Positions 43,522 through 53,842 of a DNA stretch of 64,000 nt are shown here, piece after piece; the stretch's first letter is position 1; each line of letters starts with the position of its first letter. Made by a program: the position numbers and the translations under genes. Where the stretch lies: assembly GCA_965248055.1 (NCBI GenBank), contig CBDFIJ010000004.1, positions 3,040,001 through 3,104,000 on the forward strand. Direction: 5' to 3'. The DNA is from Candidatus Multivoradales bacterium (GTDB taxonomy: Bacteria; Acidobacteriota; Thermoanaerobaculia; Multivoradales; JAHEKO01). The notes below the pieces were generated by a model that made no database searches, was not told where the DNA came from, and saw only the letters and a program-made list of their open reading frames with translations.

Positions 43522-44202
43522 TCACCGCCTTGGCCGACGCCAATTTCGTGTGATGAGAAACTGCGCGGAGTAGTAGAGAGGCCAAGTCAACACAGCACCA
43601 AACCCGATCGGACCGACCAAACGGCTCCAACCGATCAGGGAATCTGAAACTAGGTAAGCCCACGCGCCGATGGCGATCGGTAGCGACCGACGTTGGGCTG
43701 CGATTGCCATGGCAGCGATGGCAGTGATGTAGAAGGGGAGGGCGATCTGGAGTGGCCCTGGGCCCGAGGCAGCGCCGACGCGGGGCAGCAAGACCCACAA
43801 GGCTAGGCAGCCCAAGAGCACAATCGAAGACGCGCTCACCAGCCGCCATCGAGTCCACGGATCTTTGCGTTGCAGAAAGAGCACCAGATAGGCCAGGTGT
43901 CCGATCAAGAAAAATCCAATCGCGGGCAGAATCGAGGCCTCGAGTATGTCGAGTGAAAGGTCGCCAGCGCTGTGGGCGACCAGCCCGAGGACCAGGATGC
44001 CCCATCCCGGCCGTCTGGGGATCGCTACTGCTGCGATCAAGAACCCAATCGCCGCTCCCTTGGCCAGTAATACCAGAGAGGGTGAGAACTCGAAGCCAGC
44101 TCCGCGATCACCGAGCCAATAGAGGAGCGCAAAGCAGATCGAGATTGCTGCCAGAGCCTTGCTCCATCGGCCATGATCGTGGGCTAACTCGGCTGTGGTC
44201 AC
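43522..44202 (-). CDS. YhhN / lysoplasmalogenase family membrane protein
   Basis: GD..L, FFLIGHLAY, SDSLI and YYSAQ; GTGA overlap with the upstream stop. Confidence 0.85.
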   Translation of the reverse strand: MTTAELAHDHGRWSKALAAISICFALLYWLGDRGAGFEFSPSLVLLAKGAAIGFLIAAVAIPRRPGWGILVLGLVAHSAGDLSLDILEASILPAIGFFLIGHLAYLVLFLQRKDPWTRWRLVSASSIVLLGCLALWVLLPRVGAASGPGPLQIALPFYITAIAAMAIAAQRRSLPIAIGAWAYLVSDSLIGWSRLVGPIGFGAVLTWPLYYSAQFLITRNWRRPRR

Positions 44203-45968
44203 GGGCCTTCTCGGTTTGCCTCGGCAGGGTAGGCCGAGCGCACGTGGAGCATGAACAACGCGGCGGTGATCAAGCCAACCAGGAGCCCTGGCAGTGCTTC
44301 TAGCCATCCTTTAAACAGTGCGGTTCCCATCGCCGAGAGAGTGGCAAACACCATCACCACACCGAGCCACCAAGCCGCGAGATCGCGCCAACCCCACCAA
44401 CGTTCAGAGCGCTGATTTCGCCGCGCCACTGGACCCCACCAGGGACTGCCCGGCTGCACCCGTTGGTAGAACCGATCCAAGGTGGCGGCATCGACCGCGG
44501 GCGTCAGCAGGGTCGCGCTGACCCAAACCGCGGTCGAGACGCCGGCGATCAAGATCAGCCGCGTGCCGAATATCATGTTCGGCGCGAGTTGCACTGAGAT
44601 CGCGTAGCTGGTTGCTGATGCGGTCCAGGCTGCGATCTCGCTCCAGGCGTTGACTCGCCACCACAGCCAGCGGCCAATGTAGACCCCGCCGACCCCTGAT
44701 GACAGGCCATACAGCAGTCGCCAAGCGCCGGCCACCGAAGACATCGAATAGGCCACTACACCAGCAATAATCATCAGCGCCACCGAGATCCAGCGCGACA
44801 GGCGCACCAACCGTCGATCATCCCAGGTGCTAGGCAAGCGTGGTTTCAGGAAGTCGTTGACCACCAACGACGCACCCCAGTTGATGTGGGTGTCTACGGT
44901 CGACATGAAGGCTGCCACCAAGCTGGCCACCATCAACCCCAGCCATCCCGCGGGGAGATAAGCCAACGCCATTTTGGGGTAGCCCATTTCGGCGTCCTCC
45001 AGGTCGGGAAAGATGATCAACGAAATCAACGCGACGATGATCCATGGCCAGGGGCGCAGGACGTAGTGGGCGACCGTAAACCACATCGAAGCCAGGACAC
45101 TATGACGAGGATTCTTGGTCGAGAGAGTTCTCTGCGCTAGATAGCTACCGCCGTCGGAGTTGCGACTGGCCCACCACTGGACGGCGAGAAAGGCACTAAA
45201 GGTGATCCACGGTAGCGAGCTGGTCTGGCCGTTCGGAAAGAAGTCGAGGAATCCGTCGGCAGCGTCTCCAAATCGCTCGGCCAAGCCAACGCGCAATCCC
45301 TCAGCGCCGCCGATATCACGCCAGGCAAACACAGCTAGAGCGATGGAACCGATCATAGCCATCACGAACTGGACGATATCGGTCACCACCACCCCCCAAT
45401 AGCCGGCCATCACCGTGTAAACAACTGCGACGATCAGACACACCAGGATGCCCGCCCATCGACCGTCGATGATTCTGCTCAGTCCAGCCCAGGCCACCCA
45501 ACGGTCCAGATCAAAGAAAGCGTCCATGATCTTGACCATCGCCAAGGTAACCCAGCCGAGTATGATTGAGTTGATTACCACGCCATCCCAGAGGGCGCGG
45601 AAGGAGCGCAAGAAGTGGGCGGGTTTGCCCGAATAGCGCAGCGGGATTAGTTCGATGTCGGTGAGTACCCCGGCGCGTCGCCATAGCGGTGCGTAAAACA
45701 GAGTTGCCGCGACGTGGGCGATCGCCACACTCCACCAAAACCAGTTGCCGGCGATCCCGTTCTCGGCGACCAGACCGGTAATCGCCAACGGCGTGTCGGC
45801 GGCGAAAGTCGTCGCCACCATCGAAGTTCCAGCAACCCACCAGGGCAAACTGCGACCCGAAAGAAAGTATTCGTCGAGCCCGCTTCCTGCACGGCGGGAA
45901 AAGATCGCCCCAACGCCAACCGCAAAAAGCAAGTAGGCCAAGACAATGACGAAGTCGATCGCCGACAT
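44199..45968 (-). CDS. Sodium:solute symporter
   Basis: YFLSGRSLPWW, ATTFAADTP, TDIVQ and AAFMST. Confidence 0.92.
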   Translation of the reverse strand: MSAIDFVIVLAYLLFAVGVGAIFSRRAGSGLDEYFLSGRSLPWWVAGTSMVATTFAADTPLAITGLVAENGIAGNWFWWSVAIAHVAATLFYAPLWRRAGVLTDIELIPLRYSGKPAHFLRSFRALWDGVVINSIILGWVTLAMVKIMDAFFDLDRWVAWAGLSRIIDGRWAGILVCLIVAVVYTVMAGYWGVVVTDIVQFVMAMIGSIALAVFAWRDIGGAEGLRVGLAERFGDAADGFLDFFPNGQTSSLPWITFSAFLAVQWWASRNSDGGSYLAQRTLSTKNPRHSVLASMWFTVAHYVLRPWPWIIVALISLIIFPDLEDAEMGYPKMALAYLPAGWLGLMVASLVAAFMSTVDTHINWGASLVVNDFLKPRLPSTWDDRRLVRLSRWISVALMIIAGVVAYSMSSVAGAWRLLYGLSSGVGGVYIGRWLWWRVNAWSEIAAWTASATSYAISVQLAPNMIFGTRLILIAGVSTAVWVSATLLTPAVDAATLDRFYQRVQPGSPWWGPVARRNQRSERWWGWRDLAAWWLGVVMVFATLSAMGTALFKGWLEALPGLLVGLITAALFMLHVRSAYPAEANREGP

Positions 45969-46056
45969 CGCGGCAGGCTACCACCAGGGTGTATACGGGT
46001 CTCCGAAAAGAAAGGGGACACAAACAAAGTATTGTGTCCCCCTCCTGGCAAACAAG

Positions 46057-46086
46057 AAAACGGCCCGCCATTCGGCGAGCCGTTCT
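46057..46086 (-). terminator. Probable terminator of hup
   Basis: AACGGC-N-GCCGTT hairpin with a T-run on the minus strand. Confidence 0.55.
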
Positions 46087-46109
46087 ATCAACACTTGCTC
46101 GAAACCGAA

Positions 46110-46403
46110 CTACTCGGCGACGCGATCTTTGAGACCTTTGCCAGCCTTGAAGTAGGGGTACTTCTTGGCTGCAATGGTGATGGTCTCACCGGTAGCTGGG
46201 TTGCGGCCCTGACGGGCTGCGCGGTCTTTGGTGCCAAAGGTGCCGAAGCCAGTGATCTGCACTTTGCGACCGGCATCCAGTTCGACGGCGATAATGCCTT
46301 CACCAGAGGTGGTCGAGAAAATGCAATTGATGATCTCTGCTGCCTTCGCCTGGCTGAGGTCGGCTTTTGTCGCCAACTTGGCTGCCATATCTGACTTCTT
46401 CAT
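46110..46403 (-). CDS. hup: Histone-like DNA-binding protein HU
   Basis: MKKSDM...GFGTF...RQGRNPATGE...FKAGK.LK; GAGGAG RBS. Confidence 0.95.
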   Translation of the reverse strand: MKKSDMAAKLATKADLSQAKAAEIINCIFSTTSGEGIIAVELDAGRKVQITGFGTFGTKDRAARQGRNPATGETITIAAKKYPYFKAGKGLKDRVAE

Positions 46404-46570
46404 TCCGTTGCTCCTCCTTGTTAAGGACTGCGGGGTTGTTTGTTCCTGTCTGACCACATTGGTCACGGGTGACGGTAAAGAAATGTAACAGGGTAAAGGC
46501 GGTTTGCCAAGGTGCAACTGTGCTTCCCATCTCCCGTCTGCCCGACCTGCGGGCTGTTTAGCGATTTCCT

Positions 46571-47707
46571 CTAGCTTGCTTTGATGTGGCGTATCCAGAC
46601 TGGCACTTCCAATTCCTGCTCCAGAATCACGGTTCGCACGCTGCCCTCCGGAAGCTCGACCGGCTCGCCGCGATCTTTGGCGGCCCGGGCCGCGCCGATT
46701 GCCGCGCCAATTAGGGCTCCCATTTTGGCTCCGTCGGAATCTTTGAAAATGCTCCCGGCTGCGGCCCCTGCCGCCGCTCCGCCGCCAATGCGGGTCGCGT
46801 CCTTTTTCTTTTGTCCGGAGTCTTCGCCCGACCAGGGGATGTCAATGTCGATCGAGTCGTCACCGGCTAACTCTAAGGTGTTAAAGAGGATAGCCAGCGT
46901 GGCTTGACCGCCAAACCGTTTGGTTGGAGTTGCTTCTAGAACTTCGCCGACCAACTCGCTTCCGGCCGGGATGGCAAAAGTTCCGTCCACCAAGTGACTC
47001 TTGGAAACTCGCACCCGCACCTCATCTCCGATCTCACTCCACTCGCTGGAAACCGCGGACAGAAATTCAATTTCCAACTCGCTGCCGGATTCCACAGTCA
47101 CCCAGGTGGTCTCCACTGTTTCGGTCACCGTCGCGTTGCCTTCAGGTTTTACTGGCTGTTCGGTCGCGGCCATTAGCTCGCTGTCGTCCGCAGGCGAGGT
47201 CTCAGGTTGCAGTGGCGATTCGCTGGGTGAATCGGGGGCGGTCGCAGCAGTTGTGGGCACCGGCGGCGGTGTCACGTCGGCAACCGTCACGGGTACCACG
47301 TCGGCGACCTGGGTCCGGTCGCTGCGATAAGTGTCGGCATCCTGAACCCGCGTGGCTTCCGACGCTTCGGCGTCCACTGCCACTCGTTCATAAGGGTCGT
47401 TGCCGGGCAGTTCGCTCTCGGGCAGCGCTTGCAGTGAGTCTTTTGCCGCCTGATCTGGAGCGGATGGGTCGGTACCGGACTGGCCGGTTCTGACTAGGGT
47501 AGTGTCTTGCTCTTGACGATCAGCAGTCTGTTCCTGGAAACCAGTGCTGTTCTCCTGAAGATCCGCACTGTTCGTTTCTCTGCCACCGCAGGCCAGCGTC
47601 ATGCTAGCCACTAGCAGGCAAGCCGCGCCCAGTGTCGCAGCAAGCGGCTGGTTTGCACGGTTGGCAAAAGCGGTCCGAGATATGGATAGGTTTGTGGTTG
47701 CAATCAT
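46571..47707 (-). CDS. Hypothetical lipoprotein with a low-complexity linker and glycine-zipper C-terminal domain
   Basis: LAC lipobox; IPAGS...G; GGGAAAGAAAG...GALIGAAIG. Confidence 0.7.
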   Translation of the reverse strand: MIATTNLSISRTAFANRANQPLAATLGAACLLVASMTLACGGRETNSADLQENSTGFQEQTADRQEQDTTLVRTGQSGTDPSAPDQAAKDSLQALPESELPGNDPYERVAVDAEASEATRVQDADTYRSDRTQVADVVPVTVADVTPPPVPTTAATAPDSPSESPLQPETSPADDSELMAATEQPVKPEGNATVTETVETTWVTVESGSELEIEFLSAVSSEWSEIGDEVRVRVSKSHLVDGTFAIPAGSELVGEVLEATPTKRFGGQATLAILFNTLELAGDDSIDIDIPWSGEDSGQKKKDATRIGGGAAAGAAAGSIFKDSDGAKMGALIGAAIGAARAAKDRGEPVELPEGSVRTVILEQELEVPVWIRHIKAS

Positions 47708-47934
47708 GACTTGTCTCCCACGATCTTGGGGAGCAAGGCCGGTGCCAAGATCGAATCAGATCCCGGCCCCCCTCGCTCCCCGCCGCCGGGATGACGAGAG
47801 AAAAGACAAGGTGCACTCTGTCGGACTGCTACTTGGGCCTTGGCCTAGCGTCTTTCCGCAGGGGCGGGGATAAACCCGCCCCTGCGGAGGCGACGGTCCA
47901 ATCCCATTTTCTTGTAGGGGAGGGGCGTTACCCT

Positions 47935-48290
47935 CACAGCCTGCCCCCACATCATCACCCCACAGCCTGCCCCCACATCATCACCTCACAGCCTGCCCCC
48001 ACATCATCACCCCACAGCCTGCTCCCACATCATCACCTCACAGCCTGCCCCCACATCATCACCCCACAGCCTGCTCCCACATCATCACCTCACAGCCTGC
48101 CCCCACATCATCACCCCACAGCCTGCCCCCACATCATCACCTCACAGCCTGCCCCCACATCATCACCTCACAGCCTGCCCCCACATCATCACCTCACAGC
48201 CTGCCCCCCATCATCACCTCACAGCCTGCCCCCACATCATCACCCCACAGCCTGCCCCCCATCATCACCCTGAAGCTGCCCCCACATCGT
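47935..48290. repeat. 26-bp tandem repeat (~13-14 copies) CACAGCCTGCCCCCACATCATCACC(C/T), embedded in a REP pair (47758-48329)
   Basis: Period 26 (47935, 47961, 47987...); ends in CACATCGTCATCCCCGTAGG...CGGGGATCT. Confidence 0.95.
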
Positions 48291-48397
48291 CATCCCCGTA
48301 GGGAGGGGGTTCTCGGGGGTCGGGGATCTTTTCTGAGTCAAGTAACCGATGCGGTCGGGGAGTCTCTTCAGCTAGGTACTAGATTGGACTGGTTGAT

Positions 48398-50170
48398 CTA
48401 CTGCTCTCGAGCCGCTGCAATGTAGCGCTCGACCATCGTCCGCAGGGTTCCCAGCGGCACCGAGCCTTGCGACAACACCACATCGTGGAAGGCGCGGATG
48501 TCGAACGACTCTCCCAGTGCTGCTTCAGTCTGTGCTCGTAGGCGGCGAATCTCGAGTTCGCCCAATTTGTAGGACAACGCTTGGGCTGGCCAGGAAATGT
48601 AGCGATCGGTTTCGGTCTCGACCTCGTGCAAGGACAACGCAGTATTTGAAGCCAAGAAGGCCATTACCTGATCGCGGCTCCATCCCATGGCGTGAATCCC
48701 GGTGTCGACCACCAACCGACAAGCGCGCCACATCTCGTAGGTCAGGCGACCAAAGTTGCTGTAGGGATCAGTATAGAAACCGGCCTCCAGCCCCAGTCGT
48801 TCGGAGTACAAGCCCCATCCTTCACCGAAGGCCGAGATGTACTCAAACTTGCGAAAGGCCGGAACCTCCTCCAGCTCGGCAGCCAGCGCGGTTTGCAGGT
48901 GATGGCCGGGCACTGCTTCGTGCAGCGTTAGCGCCTCCAGGTTGTACAGCGGGCGAGTGTCGAGGGCGTAGGTGTTAACCCAGTAGATCCCCGGGCGGGT
49001 ACTGCCAGCCGGAGCATCGACGTAACGCCCGGCGGTGTATCTGGCTGCCAGATGGTCGGGCACCGGTTCGACCGCGTAGGGAAGTCGGGGTAGACGACCG
49101 AACAGCCGGGGCAGTTGGCCGTCCATTTTCTTAGACAAGTATGCGGCTTGTTTGAGCAGTTCTTCGCCGGACTTGGGATAGAACTGCGGATCGGTACGCA
49201 AGAAGGTGAGGAAGTCATCGAAGCTGCCCTCGAAGCCAACCTCTTCGATCACCGCCTCCATCTCGGATCGGATGCGTGCCACTTCTTCGACGCCAATCTG
49301 GTGGATCTCTCCCGGGGTCAGATCCAGGGTGGTGTAGTAGCGAATTTGATTCTGGTAGTACGCCTCGCTATTGGGAAGATGCAGAGCGCCGCCAGTCGGC
49401 CGGGTGTTGGGTAGGTATTCCTGGACTAAGAACTCCCGCAGTTGGGCGTAGGCTGGGACCACCGTCTCGTTGATGACTTGAGAACCGAGCTCGGCCAATC
49501 CAGCCCGCTCGCTCGCGGGAACCCCCACCGGGAACTCTGCGAACGGGGCATAGAACACGCTCTTGGTCGGCTCGTCCACCACGTGCGCCGCCGCCGTGTC
49601 CTCGATACCGACCAGAACTTCCTGCGGTTGGCTCATGCCGCGCGCCAAGCCAGCGCGCATGTTGTCGATGTTTTGGCCGAAGTAGCCACCGATCGCCTGG
49701 AGTCGGGCAATGTAGTTTCGGTAGTCGGCGAGGGTTGCTAGCGGGATCATGTTGGGCAAGCTGGCGATCGCCGAATGAAATCCCGAATCGGCGTTGAACG
49801 GGATTTCAAAACTGCCAAATTCGACCGTCGCGATCTCTGCCTCGATCTGACGGCGGAACACGTCGTAGTTGATGCGGTCGCTGGTGGACAGTGATTCCTG
49901 ATCGATGGCATCGAGGTCTTCCAGCAGGCTCCGCCAAGTCGGGAGTCTTCGTAGGTAAGCCTGGCGCGAGACATCCGCCAGCCGGTCGTTGTAGCGGTTA
50001 TCTCCCACTGCGGTGGCGAACTGCGGGTATTCCTGCATCTGGAATTCCCAGCCCCGGGAAAAAATCTCATCTAGCGGATTTACTGAATCCTGAGCGACCC
50101 CTGGTGACGCAATCGTCATTCCAACCAAAGCAGCCAGATTGCAAAAATGGAGAAAACGACAATGACTCAT
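48398..50170 (-). CDS. DUF885 family protein
   Basis: HEAVPGHHLQ, EGWGLYSE, RLVVDTGIH and PAQALSYK.G; signal peptide. Confidence 0.92.
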   Translation of the reverse strand: MSHCRFLHFCNLAALVGMTIASPGVAQDSVNPLDEIFSRGWEFQMQEYPQFATAVGDNRYNDRLADVSRQAYLRRLPTWRSLLEDLDAIDQESLSTSDRINYDVFRRQIEAEIATVEFGSFEIPFNADSGFHSAIASLPNMIPLATLADYRNYIARLQAIGGYFGQNIDNMRAGLARGMSQPQEVLVGIEDTAAAHVVDEPTKSVFYAPFAEFPVGVPASERAGLAELGSQVINETVVPAYAQLREFLVQEYLPNTRPTGGALHLPNSEAYYQNQIRYYTTLDLTPGEIHQIGVEEVARIRSEMEAVIEEVGFEGSFDDFLTFLRTDPQFYPKSGEELLKQAAYLSKKMDGQLPRLFGRLPRLPYAVEPVPDHLAARYTAGRYVDAPAGSTRPGIYWVNTYALDTRPLYNLEALTLHEAVPGHHLQTALAAELEEVPAFRKFEYISAFGEGWGLYSERLGLEAGFYTDPYSNFGRLTYEMWRACRLVVDTGIHAMGWSRDQVMAFLASNTALSLHEVETETDRYISWPAQALSYKLGELEIRRLRAQTEAALGESFDIRAFHDVVLSQGSVPLGTLRTMVERYIAAAREQ

Positions 50171-50473
50171 AAATCCCTCGCTAAATCGGTGTGGACAGGT
50201 GGGCGAGAGCGGGAAAATCAATTCTCGATTTGCCGCCCTAGCAAGACTACAAGACTAGCCGTGGTTTCCTAGATCATCTGTGGCAATCACCGGCGGTATG
50301 CCTCGGATCGGTGTCTCTCCTACAGCCAAACGGTGAATTGTTCCGTATAGTCTGCAACCGAGTGGCCCGAGTGGGTTCAGGTCAGCGAAGACTCGACCGA
50401 TCGAACTCGCCCGTCCAACTCTGTCTTGACTGGCTCGTGTAAGACTCGTTCTGCAATCAGGAGGACCATTTCA

Positions 50474-51079
50474 ATGAAAAGACTGTTATCCACGATTACA
50501 TTCTTGTCGGCATTTCTGCTGGCGGCTACCTTGGCCGGCGCCCAAGAATTCACTATGGACACTTCACACGCACATGTCGGCTTTGGGGTTCGCCATTTCA
50601 CCGTCTCCACGGTGCGCGGATCGTTTGCTGATTTCGAGGCCGCAGTCACTTACGATGCTGACAACCCAGCCGATTCCTCGGTTAGCGTGACTATCCAGGC
50701 TGCCAGCGTCGACACCAGGATGGAACAACGCGACAACCACTTGCGCAGCGAAGATTTCCTCGATGTCGAGAACCACCCCGAGATCACCTTTAGTAGCACC
50801 TCTGTCGCTCAGACGGAGAGTGGGTTTGACGTCACTGGCGACCTGACCATCCGCGGGGTGACTAAAGAAGTAGTACTGCCGGTCGAAGTGATCGGTCCGA
50901 TTACCGATCCACTGGGTCTTCAACGCATCGGGATCAGCGGCGAACTGGTCATCGACCGCAAAGAATTTGGCATCTCCTGGAACCGTACCATGGACGCCGG
51001 TGGCCTGTTCGTCGGCGACGACGTGACGATCATCATCGAGGGCGAATTCACTCACAACCCGAATCCCGAAGACTCCTAG
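50474..51079 (+). CDS. YceI family polyisoprenoid-binding protein
   Basis: D..H..VGF.VRH, RDNHLRS.DF and GDLTIRGVT. Confidence 0.92.
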   Translation: MKRLLSTITFLSAFLLAATLAGAQEFTMDTSHAHVGFGVRHFTVSTVRGSFADFEAAVTYDADNPADSSVSVTIQAASVDTRMEQRDNHLRSEDFLDVENHPEITFSSTSVAQTESGFDVTGDLTIRGVTKEVVLPVEVIGPITDPLGLQRIGISGELVIDRKEFGISWNRTMDAGGLFVGDDVTIIIEGEFTHNPNPEDS

Positions 51080-51277
51080 CTCAGAAAAAGGGGACACAAA
51101 CAAAGTATTGTGTCCCCGGCCGCAGATTTGAGATCCTTCGACTTCCTCGCCGGGCTCGGTCGCTCAGGATGACCAGTGGTGGCGAGAGCCGGTAAAGGGC
51201 TCCCCTACATCAAGATATTGGGTGGTTCTGGTGACCTTGAGGCGAGCGGGAGCTCTGCTGTGAGCGCTGACCAGCAA

Positions 51278-52129
51278 CTACAGTTCAACCGCAGTGCCGC
51301 TGAGCACGATGCCACCTTCAACCGGGATATTGACGGACAACCGACTGGGGCGCCCCATCGTTTCCCCTTGGCGAATCAGAATCGATGCTGGCGCTTGCAC
51401 CAAACCAGCGTCTCGCAGATATCCGCCCAATGCGGCAGCCGCAGCTCCAGTGGCGGGGTCTTCGACCACACCACCGACGGGGAACGGATTCCTGGCATGA
51501 AAGACCTCCGACGACTGACGCCAGATCAGCTGTAGCGTGGTTAGACCGTCTTCGATCATCAACGCCTTGAGCTGATCGAAGTCGTAGTTCAGATCGGACA
51601 AACGCTGTTCGCGTTGAACTGCCAAAATCAGGTGGCAAGCGCCTGCATAGGCACGGGCGGCTGGGATCGAAGCATCCAATTCTGAGGGCAACCAATGCAA
51701 TGTCGCCAGAGCTGCGGAAACCAGTTCGGGCGAGGCGGGTTCTGATCGCGGTGGAACAGAGGTTAGTGAAGCGGTACGAATTCCGTCTTCTGTAGTCACC
51801 GTAACGGGCACTTCACCGACCGCAGTCGAAAGTCGATAGACGCCATCGCCAGCTGTCTGTCCGAGTGCAACCCCTGTGGCAATTGTTGCGTGACCGCAAA
51901 AAGACACTTCCGCTTCCGGGCTGTAGTAGCGGATGGTGCGCAAACTTCCATCGTCTGGTGCGATGAAAGCAGTCTCGGAAAAGCCGACCTCTGCGGCAAC
52001 CCGCTGCATCTCTGTAGCCTCAGGCAGTTGCGCCCCGATCCATACTCCTGCTGGATTGCCCCCGTTCGGGTCAGTGGTAAAGGCGGTAAGTTTTCTAAGA
52101 GTCCCTGAGGTGATGGTGGTTTGCGTCAT
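51278..52129 (-). CDS. PhzF family isomerase
   Basis: AF.....GNPA, SETAF, EVSFCGHAT and EDPATG. Confidence 0.92.
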   Translation of the reverse strand: MTQTTITSGTLRKLTAFTTDPNGGNPAGVWIGAQLPEATEMQRVAAEVGFSETAFIAPDDGSLRTIRYYSPEAEVSFCGHATIATGVALGQTAGDGVYRLSTAVGEVPVTVTTEDGIRTASLTSVPPRSEPASPELVSAALATLHWLPSELDASIPAARAYAGACHLILAVQREQRLSDLNYDFDQLKALMIEDGLTTLQLIWRQSSEVFHARNPFPVGGVVEDPATGAAAAALGGYLRDAGLVQAPASILIRQGETMGRPSRLSVNIPVEGGIVLSGTAVEL

Positions 52130-52352
52130 GGCTAGAGAACCGGCGAAAGTGGTCGGTTATTCCGCTCCGGTAGCCATCCCGAGGGAATGGTCGAGGGTAT
52201 CCAGCGCGGGAGCCCATAAAGGGCTCCCCTACATACAAGGCACCCCATGCTTCGCGTGGCCGTCTCGCGACAAAGCAGCGGCGATGGGTCTCTGGAGTTG
52301 ACCCGTCTTAGTGGACACTAAGAATAGGATCATTGGATCCAAGGAGGTGTTC

Positions 52353-52649
52353 ATGTCAGTAGTTCGTCGTCGATTTAGCAAAGAGTTCAAACGAGAAGCA
52401 GTACATCAGGCTCTGGAAAGCGATCTGCCGATGTCGTCAGTGGCTCGAGATCTAGACATCCGGCCGAATCTTCTGGGCAGGTGGAAGCAGCAGTATTTGG
52501 AGGACCCTGATCAAGCGTTTCCCGGCGAGGGGCGTTTGCAGCCGGAGCAAGAGGAGGTGCGTCGTCTTCGCCGAGAGCTGGCGATGATGAAAGAGGAGCA
52601 CGCGATCCTAAAAAAAGCGGTGGCGATCTTCTCGGATCGACGGCGATGA
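52353..52649 (+). CDS. IS3 transposase OrfA
   Basis: RRFSKEFKREAV HTH, ILKKA; AGGAGG RBS. Confidence 0.92.
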   Translation: MSVVRRRFSKEFKREAVHQALESDLPMSSVARDLDIRPNLLGRWKQQYLEDPDQAFPGEGRLQPEQEEVRRLRRELAMMKEEHAILKKAVAIFSDRRR

Positions 52650-53545
52650 GATTTGATTTCATCCGCCGTCATCGGCGCGAGCATTCTGTGCGCGTCATGT
52701 GTCGTGTTCTGGAGGTATCACCGAGCGGTTATTACGCCTGGGTACGTCGTCCAGAGTGCCGACGTGGCCGGGAAGATCGCCGCCTTTTGACCCAGATTCG
52801 CATGATTCACTCGGAGAGTCGGCGGACGTATGGAAGCCCTAGAATCCATGGTGAGTTGCGAGACCGGGGTTTTTGCCACAGCCGCAAGCGTGTGACTCGC
52901 TTGATGCGCAGTCACGGCATTCGCTCAATACGGGCCAAGCAGTTTCGGGTAACGACGCAGTCGAAACATAAGCATCCGGTGGCTGCGAATGTATTGGATC
53001 GCCGCTTCGAGGTCGAAGATCCCAATCATGTGTGGTTAAGCGACATCACCTACATTCCCACCACTGAAGGCTGGCTGTACTTGGCAGCGATCATGGACCT
53101 TGGGTCCCGGCGTATTGTTGGTTTCTCGACCAGTACTCGTCTGACCCAGGATCTGACTCTACGGGCTCTGGACAGTGCGCTCTATGAGCGCCGCCCAGAT
53201 CCTGGGAGGCTGTTGCACCATTCTGATCGCGGTAGTCAGTACGCAGCGTCTGACTATCGCAAAAAACTCAAAGATGCCCGCATCACGGTGAGCATGAGCC
53301 GCAAGGGCAATTGCTGGGACAACGCACCGATGGAGAGCTTCTTTGCCAGCTTGAAGACCGAGCGGGTGCATCATGTGCGCTACACCAGCCGTCGCCAAGC
53401 TCAACGAGATCTATTCGATTACATCGAGATCTTCTACAACCGTAAACGACGCCACTCAAGCCTCGGAGGCTTGAGTCCTGTCGCCTACGAAGACCGACTC
53501 GCTGCCTCGGCAACGGTCGTCAACCAAACGGCTCTCCCTCAATGA
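52646..53545 (+). CDS. IS3 transposase OrfB (DDE)
   Basis: W.SDITY, HSDRGSQY and DNAPMESFF. Confidence 0.95.
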   Translation: MRFDFIRRHRREHSVRVMCRVLEVSPSGYYAWVRRPECRRGREDRRLLTQIRMIHSESRRTYGSPRIHGELRDRGFCHSRKRVTRLMRSHGIRSIRAKQFRVTTQSKHKHPVAANVLDRRFEVEDPNHVWLSDITYIPTTEGWLYLAAIMDLGSRRIVGFSTSTRLTQDLTLRALDSALYERRPDPGRLLHHSDRGSQYAASDYRKKLKDARITVSMSRKGNCWDNAPMESFFASLKTERVHHVRYTSRRQAQRDLFDYIEIFYNRKRRHSSLGGLSPVAYEDRLAASATVVNQTALPQ

Positions 53546-53842
53546 GAGCTAAACTATGTGTCCACCAAAACGGGGCAGCTTCACTCCTTGCGGTATTGGC
53601 CAACGGTGGTTCCAGGGCTTCTTCATCGTTTTCTCCTTTCGGTTACACTGTCCCTTCGGCTCCCTGACCTTGGGTAACTCTCGCACCGACCTTGTCAATA
53701 CAGGCTCTACGGCCTCAGATTCTTTCCGGCGTTTGAGAGCTAGGGCAGGGAGCTGATCTACGTACAGGCTCAGGGCCTAAGGGGAGGGACAGCTTCCCTG
53801 CCGAAGAGACTCATCTCCACAAACATACAAGGGGAGGGGGGT

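Larger units (their letters stand above)
52293..53583 (+). mobile_element. Complete IS3-family insertion sequence
   Basis: IRL TGGAGTTGACCCGTCTTAGTGGACAC; IRR GTGTCCACCAAAACGGGGCAGCTTCA; 3-bp target duplication CTC; orfA/orfB with an A7G slippery site at 52610-52617. Confidence 0.95.

Noticed and set aside
47791-48273. 160-aa Pro/His-rich ORF, or a CRISPR array
   Set aside because: It is just the translation of the 26-bp tandem repeat; there are no spacers.
48271-48282. IS3 end TGAAGCTGCCCC at the end of the minisatellite
   Set aside because: Only 12 bp, mostly shared with the repeat unit itself; likely coincidental.
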